Shown here: positions 17,200 to 34,365 of the stretch, one piece after another
Position numbering within the stretch: position 1 is the stretch's first letter
Layout: the number at the start of each line of letters is the position of its first letter
Origin: the human T2T-CHM13v2.0 reference genome, Homo sapiens
DNA length: 64,000 nt
Assembly (NCBI RefSeq): GCF_009914755.1
Contig: NC_060925.1
Strand: one strand, 5' to 3'
The notes under the pieces: generated by a model
The model's database searches: none
Seen by the model: the letters and a program-made list of their open reading frames with translations, nothing else
Told to the model about the DNA's origin: nothing
Translations under genes and position numbers: made by a program

Positions 17200-17299
17200 G
17201 GGAAAGAGACTGGGCAGGGTGGGTGCAGCTGGCAGTGAGAGACTCTGCCTTTTCAACATGGATGGCTCCTCCCGCTGCCGCTGCCGCTCCAGGAGACAG
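17200..17299 (+). other. Candidate upstream (5' leader) exon of a plus-strand transcript
   Basis: GC-rich stretch ending in CAG|GTAAAC donor at 17299/17300; start not defined. Confidence 0.4.
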
Positions 17300-18232
17300 G
17301 TAAACATTCTGTGCAGGGTTGAGACTTCTCTTTCAGTTTCTTTCCTACTTGTCTGGAATTTGGGCTCACATAATATAAAGTGGGCACTCTGTAGTCTAAA
17401 GGGATTAGAAAGCAAGGCATCCCCCTCTTCCCTTGAATGGTTTTCTAGGGTGCTATATGTCCCAAACCCCCAAATCGATTACATCGTCTGACAACTGCTT
17501 GTGTGGACAATGGGAAGGAATATTGTGCTTGGGGTATGTCTAAGGCTTATAGGAAAAGGCTTGAGCTGCAGGTTAAGTATCTTATGATAAGCAGTGTGGG
17601 AACCTACACGCAAATGTATATTGCTGGGTGAATGTTCTCCATCTGTTCTAGATCCCTAACTAGATACAGAGTCCCTTGAGGGTAAACCCATGCTCTAATC
17701 TAGACTTTTTGGTCCCCCAACACCCAGCACAGTGGATGGACATGGGGATTTACCTACACTTCTACACCTGTGCTGTCCAGGATGGTGAGAACTTGAATTG
17801 AAGTGTACTCCAAGTGTAAAATATACCCTGATTTTGAAGACTCAGTAGGAAAAAAGAACAAAAAATACTAATAATTTTTAAATGAGAACAAGTTCATATA
17901 ATAGCATTTTGATATATTGGGTTAAATAAAATGTACTATTAAGATTACTGTTACATGCTTGTTTTTACTTCTTAAGTGCGGCTACTAAAACATTTTAAAT
18001 TACACATGTGGCTTGTGTTGTTTCTACTGAACATCTCTGGTTTATATTGCGCTGGCCTCCCCTCTCCCATCCTTTCTTGCTCCCTTTAAACTCTAATCAG
18101 ACTAGAGATGCCCTTCTTACTGGGCGTCTAAAGCCCTCGGAATCTTTTATTGGTCACAGCAGGATCTCCTGGGTATTTTGTATTTGTCCAATCACTGATA
18201 TTCCTTAGCAAATGTGTTGATCATGTCATTTA

Positions 18233-18590
<358 letters not shown>

Positions 18591-19224
18591 ATTCAGGCAG
18601 CAGCAATTAGGAGAGGGATTGACTTTAATTGAGCATCTAAGTTACCAGCTTTACAAGTGTTATCTTCTTTAAATTTATTTTCATTTGGCTAGATAGGCAT
18701 TGTTTTCTCTGCTTTTTTCAGATAAAGAGACTAAGACTCAAGAGCTCTGATAACCTGCCCCACCCCAAATCATCCACCTAGTAAGATGTGCAGGGTCAGG
18801 GCTTGAACCCTGGTGCACCTGACTCAAAGAGCAAGTTTTTCCCCCACCAGTAGCACATGGCAGGCAGGTTTTTCCCCCACCAGTAGCATGTGGCTTCATA
18901 TTTTGCATAATTTGAGATGAATCTACAGGGGTCCCCCCACTCATTTGTGTGTTCTATTATACCTGCCTATGGAAGGGGCTCATTAAGGACACCTTGTATT
19001 ATTTATTCTTTATCACAGATTTCTAGATTGTGCAAGGAACAAGTCCATCCAGGTCTTGGAGCACCTAGGTACATTCTAGTGCTGGCATGGTCCCTAATTT
19101 ACTAAGTGCCTAGGACAAGTAGCTTCTCATCTCTATAAAACAAAGAGAACTTTTACAGTTTGTGATCCTAAGCCTGTTAGGTGGGGAAAGTGGAAATTGA
19201 ATTAGGCTGCCTTTGTCGTTTTTT

Positions 19225-19392
19225 GATTGTTTTAGAGACAAGTTCTCACTGTTGCCCAGGCTGAAGTGTCGTGCTATTTATAGGCATGATCATAGCTCAC
19301 TGCAGCCTCCAACTCCTGGGTTCAAGCAAGCTTCCTGCTTCAGCCTCTCAAGTAGCTGGGACTACAGGTGTTCACCACTGCACTTGGCTGGC
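19225..19392 (-). mobile_element. Alu monomer (FRAM/AluJ-like)
   Basis: Single diverged Alu arm, antisense. Confidence 0.8.
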
Positions 19393-20182
19393 CTTATAGC
19401 TTAATTCCTAATGGGTTACACCTGGAATTAGAGGATTTTTTTTCTAAATAAGAATCTTTTTTAAAAAAAAATCTGAGAGCCTATTATTTCTTCATGTCAA
19501 AATTTCTGTTGAATGTGCTGAACATTAAGTTCCAGACAAGTGAGTCCATGTTGTGTGGGTGGGCAGAAGACCTGAAGTTCATTTTCAAGGATTAGAGGGC
19601 TTTTGAAGGCTGCCCACTCAGCAGGCGGTTTCCAGAGCGGCTTCACGCTGGTGCATGTCTTAGAAGTTGCGATCTGGTATCATTGCTCTAATAGCTAGAA
19701 ATCCTCATTACCTGTTTAGCGGATCGGAGAGGAGAGCCAGATCCTTTCATAAGCCTGCTTATTAATCCTCCCTGAAAAGCCATGTTATTAGAGCAGCATC
19801 AAAGCTGGGACGCCCTTAGGAGCTCCCTCTTTAAGACTCTGACAGCCTCTTCCTTTTTCAAAACTGGATGTAAAGCATGAATAGAGTCCAGCCTGGGGCT
19901 CTTCCCAGCTGTGCTCATTAATCCAAAGGCAGTTAAGCCCCCATATCCACCGCTCCCCCCAACTCAGGCTTTACCGAAATTTCTTTATTCAATGCCTGCT
20001 GATTGCTGCTAAGAAGGCCTATGAAGATTAATTTTCCAAATGAGTTGCCATTTCTTGTTCCAAATCCTTGGAGGGTAAATTTAAGTGTCCCGTAGTTAGA
20101 TCTTGCAAATGGATTTCGGGCTGAATAGTGATTTTTATCTGTTCGAGCCATACATTAATTCACTTCAAGTCTTTGAGACTTG

Positions 20183-20188
<6 letters not shown>

Positions 20189-20229
<41 letters not shown>
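20189..20229 (+). repeat. Poly(A) tract, about 41 nt
   Basis: Uninterrupted A run. Confidence 0.95.
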
Positions 20230-20230
<1 letters not shown>

Positions 20231-20473
20231 ATGGGTGAGGGAATACATCCTTTATCTACTTCCCTTTGAAATTTGGTTCTGGGATTTGAAGGTGGCATTA
20301 GGGAAAAGGGACAGAAAGAATTGTTAGTAAGGCCTTGAGAACCTATTTCTTAGGCATGTCTATTACCAGCAAGGGCCTGCCTGTTTTTCCATGCATCCCC
20401 CGACTACTCCTAACACCGTGTAGCTGTAAATAAAAGGAGGAAAAACATTTCATATGAACAAGGGTCCGATTGA

Positions 20474-20820
<347 letters not shown>

Positions 20821-22650
20821 CTCCAAGATCTTTCAATATGTCAACAATGAAGATTGTCAAGGCATATATGTTACCTTTAAATACATTTTTTTTCCTGTAA
20901 AAATCCATAAGAAAAGACCAATGGAGGGTAACTTACCCTTGAGCAGCTTTAATGGGAAGAATAAGCTAGAGATGTTTTTCTGTAACTGCTAAAGCTTGTT
21001 ATTTATTCCTCCTCCAATCCCCAAATCCACGACCTTTGAAAACAGGAGGTGTGTCTGAAAAAACAAGGCAAAAATGACCTTAATCCTGACAAGGTTGTAA
21101 GGACATATTATCACCCTAGGGAACAGTGTGGCACTTTTAGAAACTGCTGAGGGAGATTTACGTAAACTTGTGATTAGGCTGAGAGCCTTTCAAAGCAGGG
21201 AGTACATAGTAGGCACTCAGTTAATGCAGAATAAACAGGAAGTGGTGAGGAGCCAACTCTTTGCTGACTTGCCATTGTTGCTGGGCCGTGTCACTTGCTC
21301 CTGAAGTGGCTGCAAGGGTTCTGCCTCCACTGAAGCACACAAGTGCCCATTCTGTGGAGGGAAAGCCAAAAGCCCTTTCCTTTGGCTTTGCCCATGTGGC
21401 TTCAGGGCTTGAAATCCTAAGGGATCCAGAGTGGCAGTGCAGTCCAGGGTGTGCTGGGTCGGCAGTGAAGATGAGGAAGAGGATGGAGAAGGGGGATGGA
21501 GAGAGGATAGTTCCTGGTAGGGCACACACTTTCACTGCCCCCCAAAAGGCACTGCAAGCCCTGGGTGGGAGGCTTCTGGGGGAAACGGCTGGATGGTGGA
21601 CAGCCCTCCTCCCTCTGGGTGGTCCAGTGAGTTCTTCCTCAAAGTGGCACAAAAAAAAAAAAAAAAGAAAAGAAAAAGAAAAGAAAAACAAGCTGGAATG
21701 TCTGTCGAGTGATGGGAGTGATGGAAAGTAGGTCAGAGAAGGGAATGAGGGGTGAGAGGATCTGCTTTCACTTGCTCTCTTTCCTTTACAACCCTCCCTT
21801 TTACTTTACAATTTACACGTGTTTAACATCTACTCTGCACAAGGCTTTGATTTTCAAAATAAGCTACATATAAAGTGACTCCAGCAAGATTCAGGCGCTG
21901 AGTGCAACAGATTAAGGGGACATTTACTGAGATGGGCTTTAAAATAGAATCCACTAGGAGATTCTATTTTAAATGTAGAGATAATCTAACCCTTGCTCAT
22001 CATGTATCAAAATAGAGCCACTGCAGAAAAAAACAAAAAACAAAAAACAAAAAACAAAAACAGGCTCATTGCAAAGCCTCTTCACTGACCTACATTAAAA
22101 GTAGCAGGCATTACTAGAAAGAGATCGGAGTGGCAAGATAAATTATGAGCTCTGTTAGGTGCAAGAAGAAGAGATGCTCTGTAAATAGAAAAAAAGAAAG
22201 AAGAAGAAGAAAAGAAAAAAGAAAAGGAAGGAAAAGAAAAGAAATCTCCAAGGGTTGTAAAAAGAAGTTGTTTAACTGTCAGGAGAATTTTTTTTCCCCA
22301 GGTGCTGCATTCACAGGCAACTTCCATTATTCCCAGGCTTCCTTGGCAATTCCTTTCACCTCTCAACACTTGTTTTGAAAAAGTATCTTCACTTTTGAAA
22401 ACTTGTTTTCTCAGTACTGGAGAGCTTAGCGTTTTCAACTCAGTCTTCCCCCTCTCGATCTCCTAATTCCCATTCTCTCCTTTCTTCCTAGACATGTCCT
22501 CTCTTTGGTTTTCAGCCTCTGGGAGGCAGACACCGCTAGGGGAGGTCAGTTCTCTCTGCAGCCTGCTCGTTTTAAAATTTTTTCTCTCCTCTCCTCTCAT
22601 CCTTCTCTGTTTTAGCACAATATATAGTCACTGTAGAAAAATTAGAAAAC

Positions 22651-22842
22651 AGGCCAGGTGCAGTGGCTCACACCTGTAATCCCAACACTTTCGGAGGTGG
22701 GAGGATTGTTTGAGCCAAGGAGTTTGAGGCCAGCCTGGGCAACATAGGAAGCCCTCATCTCTATTTTTTTTTTTTGAGACGGAGTCTCGCCCTGTTGCCC
22801 AGGCTGGAGTGCAGTGGCACGATCTGGGCTCACTGCAACCTC
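22651..22842. mobile_element. Composite Alu: sense left arm joined to a truncated antisense Alu 3' end
   Basis: 'ggccaggtgcagtggctcac...catctcta' then poly(T) 'gagacggagtctcgc...ctgcaacctc'. Confidence 0.85.
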
Positions 22843-23032
22843 AAGGTATCTTGAGGTATCAAGATTGTTTCTGGGTATCAAGGTTGTTTCTCAATTGCTG
22901 CTGGTGTAAATGACACAGTAGTTCCCTACTTTACCCCCTGGATCTTTGCACACATTTTCTTAATTATGTCATTGGGATTAATTCCTCTAAGTGGAGTTGC
23001 TGAGTCTAAGGAGTATGGACATTTTCATTGCT

Positions 23033-23331
<299 letters not shown>

Positions 23332-23565
23332 TTCATTGCTTTTTGATACCCACCACCAAATTGCCCTTCAGAGAGATGGTAACAATTTGCCTTCTTGCTA
23401 GAAAGTGTCTGTCTGCAGAACACTTCACTGGGCTGAGCATTTTAATTATTTTTTAAAAATAGTTTCAAATTGTTTTAACTTAATTTATTTGGTTTTTAGA
23501 GTTGGAACTTCTTTAAAGACATAGATAAATTTGGCCATCTTCATGTGTCTTTCTCCCAATAACAG

Positions 23566-23678
23566 CATTACAGAGCATCAGTTAGGTGCAGAGACTGGGC
23601 AGTGCACCCGTGTGCAAAGACAGGAGACACGAATCTTCCCTGAAGGAGTGACAGTCTAGGGAGGAAGGCAGACTGCAG
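23566..23678 (+). other. Candidate non-coding internal exon (113 nt)
   Basis: Acceptor 'tctttctcccaataacag|' and donor 'CAG|gtgagg'. Confidence 0.4.
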
Positions 23679-24255
23679 GTGAGGTAACAGGTAACAGCTC
23701 TGTGTGAGGAATGCTATGATTGCAGGCACTGTGTGGGAGCCTCTTGCAGCCCTCCCGTGAGGGAGGGGGAGGCAGGGTTGGGGCGGAGTGTGCACAGGCA
23801 AGAACAAGCCTGGGGCACCGAGAAACTGCCAGAAGCCCAGGCTGGCTGCAGCATAAAGTGTAAGAGAGCACGGCTGGGAGGTGGGCAGGACTCAGATCAT
23901 GGCAGGCCTTTCATGCCTGAGTAGGCAACCACTGTCAGGCAGGTTCACACACAGTAATCACATGCACGAGGTAACATGCGTGGAAGAGAACAGATGCTTT
24001 GCTAGCTGTCCTCTTGCCGCAGTCACTTTTTAACTAATCACTAAAAGGTGCTGGGTTACTATTGACCCCTACAGCACCTGTGTGGGATAAGGAAGGGGTA
24101 CCCCAATGAAACAAACACAAGTTGGTTCTATATGAATTATATATATAAAATTATTAAATCCAAGATAATAGAAAATTAGTGTTTTTAGTCACAATACTCA
24201 GGATTTGAAAGTCTCTGGGATGTAACAATTCATCATAAGATAGTTTTAGTCATAA

Positions 24256-24615
<360 letters not shown>

Positions 24616-24838
24616 CAGTATCTTATTTTCTATAAAAATGGTCACTAGAATTGATAGTCTTTCTTGTGACATTCTTGATAAGTAGCTTTTTATAATTGTT
24701 TTAAAAGTATCTACATTTTCCACTGCTGGCTGATACTACCAAAGTTAATGTATCCTAAGAGCTAGGATGGTTTTAGGAAAATGTGTCTGGTATATTATTA
24801 CTGAAAATAAATTGAGGCATTTCATGGGAGGCAATTAG

Positions 24839-25130
<292 letters not shown>

Positions 25131-25489
25131 ATATCAACTAGATTTTAGAAAGCGACTTCAGGATTTTAGTTCCTCTTACACTAATGCTTCATCAGTATCA
25201 CTCTTCCTCCTATGTTTCTCAATTTCAATTGTATATTTTTAATGGTTGCAGAAGCTCATATTTGTCATAATTTTTCAATTTATGCATGTCATCTAGAATA
25301 CTGAAAAGACCTTGAGATATTCTTTATTATAAGCCTCTCTTTTAAAGAGATATTATTGCTTCCAATATAGAAAAAAACTAATTTTGCTATTGACCTTCAG
25401 ATTGTAGAGGATTACAGGTGTGAGCCACCTCACCCAGACAGGAATTTTTAATATTTTATTCACTATTGGCTTTAAAGAGTAGGCAACCT

Positions 25490-25769
<280 letters not shown>

Positions 25770-27209
25770 TTAGAATCTTTTGGGGACCTATGCTGAAATC
25801 CATTAAGTTTGTCATAAATTTTTTTCATCTTTGTTGTATCTGCTCCCTCAAATCATTATAGCCTATATTCAGTGCTTCTGTTGGTGATGGTTGTGGTCAA
25901 CCAAAAACCTAAATAATCCTTCTCCAGCTGTATCATTTACTGTAGGGAAAAAAATTAATGTTTACATATAGATATATTTGCATTTTGAAAATGTACAAAT
26001 CTAAAAATAATTGTCAACTGTTCCACGTGGCTTACATCAGGAAATGTACCTCAAGTTATTTAACTGTGTGATATTTAGCACTTCTTACAAGATTCAAAAT
26101 AACTTCAGTCAACAAATCTGCTATATTTTAATCATTTGGTTTTGCTTTTCATCTGCTACATAATGTGTAAATGCTATTTGGTGTTTATATATAGTATATA
26201 ATATTTATATATAGTATATAATATTTGGTATATATTTGGTGTTTATATATAGTATATAATATTTGTACAATAATATACAAGTATATGTTTATATAAACAA
26301 ATATATATTGTATATATACAAATTATTGCATATTTGAAACATACAATATATATTTGTATACTGCTGTAAATTCTATTAAGCTTCTATGCTTTTCGTAAAT
26401 GAAGAAAATTCCTGTTATTATACTGCTTATACATTTTTGTAGATGATCCTCTGAATGCTAGATATTGTCTTGCCAAAACAGAATTGAGTTTTTTTGTTCA
26501 ATGTAATATTTTCCTCATCATATAGAATCTGTTTTGCAGCATTAATAATTATATATTTCTAATCAGATTTGAAATTTGAATACTTAGCATTCCTATTGAT
26601 GTTTATTTCAGATTCTTCATGTTTACAAAAAAATGTGCCAAGTGCTGTACAATCTTTGCATTCTTTCCCATTTTCCAGCTGATTTTTTGTTCTCAAAGAG
26701 CTGGCAAAATACAGAGTCCTTGGAAGTATAATAAAATAATCAGAATCTAGTCATTATTATTTCTCCTCACCATTTGGAAAAAATTTGTGTCCATTATATT
26801 TCCAAAAACTTCCAACCTGTATTATCTTTTGTAAAGATAAAAAATTTTTTACTTGAGGTGAATAATTTTCAGCAAGAGTACATCTTTGTTTCCTATTCAA
26901 ACTACTTGGCCATGTGTTTGAATTCTTTGCATTTTTAAAGCTACTTTTTTTTAGATTCATCGATTATTTCTGACAATGGAACTAAAAGGTAAATTCACAT
27001 CTCACATTTCTGTGACACATTCACTGAAACAAACAGCCCTAAACTCTCTATTTCTCCCTAAATTTATTCAATAATCCAAATAGTTTTACTTTACTTTCTA
27101 TCTAGACAGCTTTTCATCTTCTAGTTTTAGTTTGATTTTTTTTTCTTATCAGTATCCTGGGAGAAATAATATTATATTAGCTTATTAAATGTTAAAGAAA
27201 TATTATTAA

Positions 27210-27535
27210 GGCCGGGCATGATGACTCATGCCTGTAATCCCAGCACTTTGGGAGGCTGAGGCGGGTGGATCACGAGGCCAGGAGTTCAAGACCAGCCTGA
27301 CCAACATGGTGAAACCCCATCTCTACTAAAAATACAAAAATTAGCCAGGCGTGGTGGCACATGCTTGTAATCCCAGCTACTCAGGAGGCTGAGGCAGGAG
27401 AATAGCTGGAACCTGGGAGGCGGAGGCTGCAGTGAGCTGAGACCATGCCACTGTACTCCAGCCTGGGCATCAGAGCGACACTCTGTCTCAAAAAAAAATA
27501 TATATATATATATATATGTGTATATATCTATATAC
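27210..27535 (+). mobile_element. AluS with a (TA)n tail
   Basis: Full dimer. Confidence 0.95.
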
Positions 27536-28172
27536 ATAATTAAAACATAATAGTAGTTTATCCTAGAACTTAAAACTTTAAAAAATATATATAATAAGCC
27601 ATGAAACTTTACCAGCAGTTAGCTTTTCTCCTGAAGAAATTTTCTTTAACAACCCATAAACAATAGCTATGATACAATTCACAATTCATGATATAATAGT
27701 CTCTAATTTATGAATATAAAATAATTATTTTATGAATATATAATTGCCTATGATCATTAATTACCACAAAAGTGAGTTATGTAATAATAAAAATCCGTAG
27801 ATCTAAATTAGGAATTCAGAGCTACCATTCAGGCAGACAATATGAACTGTAATGCAAAACTTCAAATTTAGCCAATACACAAATACTAATACAGGATTTA
27901 AAAAAAAATTAGATAAAAATCAAAACAAGAGTTGGAAAACAACTCCTTGTTTGGAAGCACTAGTTATTGTGGCACTCGTTACTTAAACCAATAAGGTCTT
28001 TGTCAAACACTCTCTGCTTCAGCTTATGAAGTAAATGTCAACCCTGTTAGAAAATCTATTTCCATCTGAAAGAAAATTGTCATAAAAAAGGATCTTTGTT
28101 AGAGAAGACATTTTATTGTTATTTGTCAGAAAACTATTTTAATAAGAATATGTCATCTACCTTTAGAGTTAG

Positions 28173-28518
<346 letters not shown>

Positions 28519-28874
28519 TTGGATAGTTTCTTTAGATGTCATGCCCTTGAGCAATAAACAACCTGAACAACTGTCCTTAGCTACTCCAAAATTTATGTGG
28601 TTATTACAGCTAATAAAGATGATATAGAAACAATCTGTGTAGTAAATGAAAGGTAGTTTAAGGGATTTTGAGACCTCTGTTTGGATGCTGGTTTTGTTGT
28701 TTGCTAACTGTGACCTGGAGCAATTCACTTATCACTCAGTTACCTCAGCTACAAATGGGGATAAGTATGCCTCATCCTTTAAACTGCTGACCGGAGGTCA
28801 CACGAGATATCCCCAGTTCTGAGTCGTCAACGAAATCGTAAGATGTGCATAAGGTTTCCATTTTGCACTTGTTA

Positions 28875-29288
<414 letters not shown>

Positions 29289-31046
29289 TTAAGTCACCTG
29301 TGGACAGTTCTGGCTTCACATGTTCACTGGTGCTCTTTTGTAGGAGCCCAAGAGGCTGACAGTTTAATTTTCTTAGGATGCCAAATGTTAAGACACCTGT
29401 TTGACGTTTGCAAATAAGCTGCTGTGCAAAATGAAAACCTGATGGTGATCTTTAAAGCAACCCCAACCAATAAATACCTCTGTAATAAACCTCAAGAGGA
29501 CGCAGGGTTTCTATTTGGAGAAATGAAATTCTGCAAAAGCAACCAGAAAAACATTTAAAGTCCTAGAAATGGTGAGAGTATATGGCTCCACTCGGTTACG
29601 GCAGCACATCTGTGGCCAGCCTGAAAAAGAGCAAAGGGAGTGTGTCCAACTTCTCATTCATTCAATGAGCATTTATTGAGGGCTGCTGTGTTCCAGGCAC
29701 TGGCCTAGAAGCCGGGGAGATAAGTGAAATCAGACATGATCTCAGTCCACTGGGCTCTTGAAGTTCATGAACTGTCTTTCGTGCCCTCTGTCTTCCCAGG
29801 TTCTGTTCCTCCCTCCTTCTGCATCCTAGGTGACAGCCTTCCTTTCACCCTCAGGTGTACAATGCTCCCTCTCTTAGCAGTGATTTCAGATGTTCATCGA
29901 AGGAAAAATGGCTGGATATTCCAACTGCCATGCCTTCACTACAAGCACCCTCCCATCTGGTATATCCACAGCCTCAGCACTGCCATAGGAATCCTTCCTA
30001 CACATCCGTGACCACAACAAATGCCACCTCCTCCATGTAGTCTTCCCTCGTCACTAAAGTTAGAAACAACCTGCTCCTCCTTTCTGATCCAATAGCCCTT
30101 TCTTTGTACATCTTTTTAGCTTTGATTATACACCTACCTTTTGTTACAGCTGCTATGGTTGCCGCGGATATTTTCCTCGCTAAATTGGGGTGGGGGGTGA
30201 GCGTGGGGTAGCACTCTCTGAACCCAGGGCCCGTGTCTCATTCTTCTCTATCCTTGTAAGCTGTCTCACGCTGCTAAGGACATACCATATGCTACAGAGA
30301 AGTTTGACTGGATTGGATTTTTTTTTCTTTGATTTTAGCTACCCAGAATCAGATTGATCAATCCCCCTAGTGGCATTCTTACATCATGGGTCCACGAACT
30401 GCTCTTATGTTCTATTTATTTCATATTTTTGAGTCTTTGTTCTCCATTTCCCGTCCGCTCCACCCATCCCACCCCACTCCTGTTATAGACACACTCTCTT
30501 GTTTTATTAAAGTGTGACCTTCGAATCTATCTTCCATAATGTTATTTGCACACTTGTGTAAGCTTGAGTGATACTTGAGATTGTTGGGATTGAATTTGCC
30601 TTTGGCTGAGGGAATGAAACACCTCCACTGGAATTTCAGGCACCAGCACCTGCAAGGAAGTTTTTTGAGGCAGTGGCTCTTGGAATCACAGCAGGAGGTA
30701 GTCAGCAGCTTAGTCCAGGGGCGGCGGACTTATCCAGCTTCCTCTTCCGCTTCTTCTGCAGGCTCCCCCAACCTCAGAGCCTCCTTGTTGCCTCATGCCT
30801 GGACTTTGCCCCTCTGGTAGAGCCTTTCTACACAGCCGCTGCACTGCCAGCCAGCAGGCTCCGGGGGGAATTCTTGTGTCCAAGCAATTGCTGTCCTCTT
30901 GACACATCGCTATTTGAGAACACCCAATCTGTTCCTCCTGAATCTTTTGGCTTGCACCCCTGGATGTAGCATAGCACACTCTTGGCAGATAAGGCAAAAT
31001 GCTCCTCTCTTGCCCTATGGTGAAGAAATGCCATGGGTCCTTAGAT

Positions 31047-31569
31047 CAGCAATTCTCAAACTCTTTGGCCTCCAGACCCCTGTACACTCTCAAAAAGTAC
31101 TAAGGAACCCAAAACGCTATTGTTTATGTAGTTTATATCTATTCATATTGACCATATCAGAAATTAAAACTAAGAAAATTTAAAAATATTTATCTAATCC
31201 CCTTAGAAAATAGTACCAAAGCCATTACATCTTAAACATAACACTTTTTATGAAATATAACTATTTCCCAAAGCATGAAGAATTTAATGAAAAGAGAAGC
31301 ACTGTTTTATGCATGTGCAAATCTCATTATTCATACCTAGCTCAATAAAAGACAGCTGAGTTCTCAGGTCTGCCTTTGCACTCAGTCTCATGCCATACCA
31401 CATGTCACATAGACTTTGGGAAACTCCACTGTATGCTTGAGAGAAACTGAGAGTGAAAAAGGCAACTAGTATCTTAGTATTATTAAGAGAGTGGTTTTGA
31501 CCTCATGAACCCTCTGAAAAGATCTCTGGAACCCCCAGGGGGTCCCTGGACTACACTTTGAGAACTGCT
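31047..31569. mobile_element. hAT-Charlie-type non-autonomous DNA transposon
   Basis: Inverted termini 'cagcaattctcaaa' and 'tttgagaactgct'. Confidence 0.7.
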
Positions 31570-33972
31570 CCCTAGATCATTGGTTTCTTGATGACAAGGC
31601 CTTTTTCTATTCATCCTTACAGACTGGGTTATTTATTTATTTATATTTATTTATTTATTTATTTAAACTGAAAGACCAGTGTAATAGGACAGACTGGGCT
31701 TTAAACAGACTATGTAGTTGGCACTCAGTAAACTTTGCCTGAATTGTTTGGAAATGTCTGTGTCATGAGGGTTTATCGCTCCATCATCAGCATCCAGGGA
31801 CATGCTATACTCACTCTAGTGATGCTGTTATTGCTGAAGGCGTTTGGATTCTCCTTGGAGGTCGGCCTTTAGAGAAATTGGTAGTTCTGTTGAATATCCT
31901 CAGTGATGTCATATCTTTGTTCTCTGAGGAGTGCTTTGATTTTTGGAAACAGCCAGAGTGAAATCTGGATTATAATATGAGTAGTCAAATTGGGTAACAC
32001 TGTATTTTGGATTTGTAAAAAGGAATACTGACTTCCTAAAACTGGGATGGCAGATCTACTTTAATGGCCATTTCTCTAATTTTACACACATATTTACACC
32101 TGTGCAAATGATGTTTGTTGCAGTTTAATAATTACATCATCATTTCAAGTGTAAAAAGTGGAAACAATCTAAATTTACTACTAGATGACCAGTTAAATAA
32201 ACTGTGAGCAACCATAGAACGGAACACTCTGAAGAGGAAGAAAGGAATGAGAAAGTTCTGTATGTATTAATAATAAATTAACTCCTAGATATATTAAGTG
32301 AAAAAGCAAAAGGCAAAACAAAGTATGTAGTACACTGTCATGTGTAAGGAAGACGCCTGTATGGTGAGTGTGTTTCTGTGTGTCTGTGTGTTTGCTCATG
32401 TACACATAACGTACACAATAAACTGGGCATGCTGGTTTCCTCCAGGGAGGAGAACTAGATGGCTGGGGTCAAGAGCAGATGAGCAGCTTTTCCAGGACTA
32501 TCCTTTTGTACCTTTTGAATTCTAAAACCATCTGAATGTGACCTAATGAAACAAACACTTCAAAAGTCCCAAACTGAAAAGGTGATGATGTCCTCCCCTT
32601 ACAAAATTAAAAATAAAAACAATTTTAACACTTAGAAAACCTATTCTCTAAAAGAATTCTCTGTATTTCCTGGCCAATAACACAATTGTTAGAAGAAATG
32701 TACAATGTACCAGGTGACATGTGGAAGGGGACAACAGAAGGGGGCAATGACAGGCACTTGTGAAAACATTTGCCTTTTTCTTGATCACGTCTTGTTCCTC
32801 TTCTCATCCTTGCTTCATTTCACAAATAGGGGAACTGAGTCCAAGTAAGTGAAGTGACTCATCCGTGCCACCTGGGCTCTTGGTTCCAATGCTTGCCTTG
32901 TTAGGGGATTTCCTGACTGCTCCTGCAGCTCTCTTTGCTAGAATGTGGTAAGAGTTGGGGGAGGAGAGGGTGGCAGATCCTCTTTCATTTGGCCTTAAGC
33001 ACACCTCCCTCTTCGCCTCTCACCCTGAGCAGGGCTGGCGCCTGAGGCCGGTGAACACCTGTGGTGGTGGCTGTGGGACAGCATCTTCCCCTGCTCTTTC
33101 TCTTCCTTCTTCCCCTTGGCCACCCACACCCAGGCAGGTGTCCTCCCCAACCCCAGGACACTGCTCTTGGTGTTTCACAGGCACGTGTCCTCTTTTTCTG
33201 AAATTGACATTACCCAGTTCAACATCACCTACTTTACCGGAGTACTTTGGGCTCTTTCAAATCAATTTCCGCTTCGAAGGCTAAAGATTTGTCATCAGCT
33301 AAGAGGTTCAAAAGTCTGTGGTGTAGGCTCTCCAAAATTCTGGCAGAGGTCAGTTGACCCTGGCTTTTATGAAGGAGTCTTTGGCATTCATTCATTCATT
33401 CATTTATTGAAGAAATATGTATTGGACCTATTCATTGCATGAGGCACTTTCTAGACACTGGGGGTGAAATGTTGGCCAAAACAGATAAGGTCTCTGTTCT
33501 TATGAAGCTCACATTCATGTGATGAGAGGCTGACAATAATCAAGTAAACAAATAAATGATCAAGGTGACTTCAGATACTAATAGATGAGAGGGCGATGTG
33601 ACAGATAGGGTCTGGGGAGCCACCTTTGAATTTGTGCTGAATTCTATCTGAAGATGCCTTCACTAAGAGAGAGGTGCTGTCTCCATGGCCTTTGAGGCCC
33701 TCCCCTCCAGTGGTGAGATTTTAACAATCTCCCCATCTGACAGGTTCCCATGCAGGAATGAAAGACATGGAAGGGAAGAGGGGGGCCAGCTCCCTGAGTC
33801 CTGTGTCCACCAGCTGCTGCTAAATACCTCTGAGAAACTCTGCTTCTATCTAAGGGGACCTACTTCTCTCGGGAATCTCAATACTTGGAACAAGAACCTC
33901 CTAGACGGACCCTTTGGCATAATGAATTGGACCAACTGTAGGTTCCAGGACTAGAGAGCCAGCAATGCCTCC

Positions 33973-34003
33973 ATGAACAATCTCACCCAATTACTCTGCT
34001 CAG
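33973..34003 (+). CDS. Predicted first coding exon of an unnamed transmembrane adaptor-like gene (MNNLTQLLCS, phase 1)
   Basis: ATG at 33973; strong donor CAG|GTAAGA at 34003/34004; phase matches exon 42402; NLT sequon. Confidence 0.55.
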
Positions 34004-34061
34004 GTAAGACCAACTGAAAACTAGAACAATACAAATGGTGGTTATTCCTGTCTTCTGTTTC

Positions 34062-34365
<304 letters not shown>

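Noticed and set aside
26172-26285. Short AT-rich tandem duplication
   Set aside because: Ordinary slippage in low-complexity DNA
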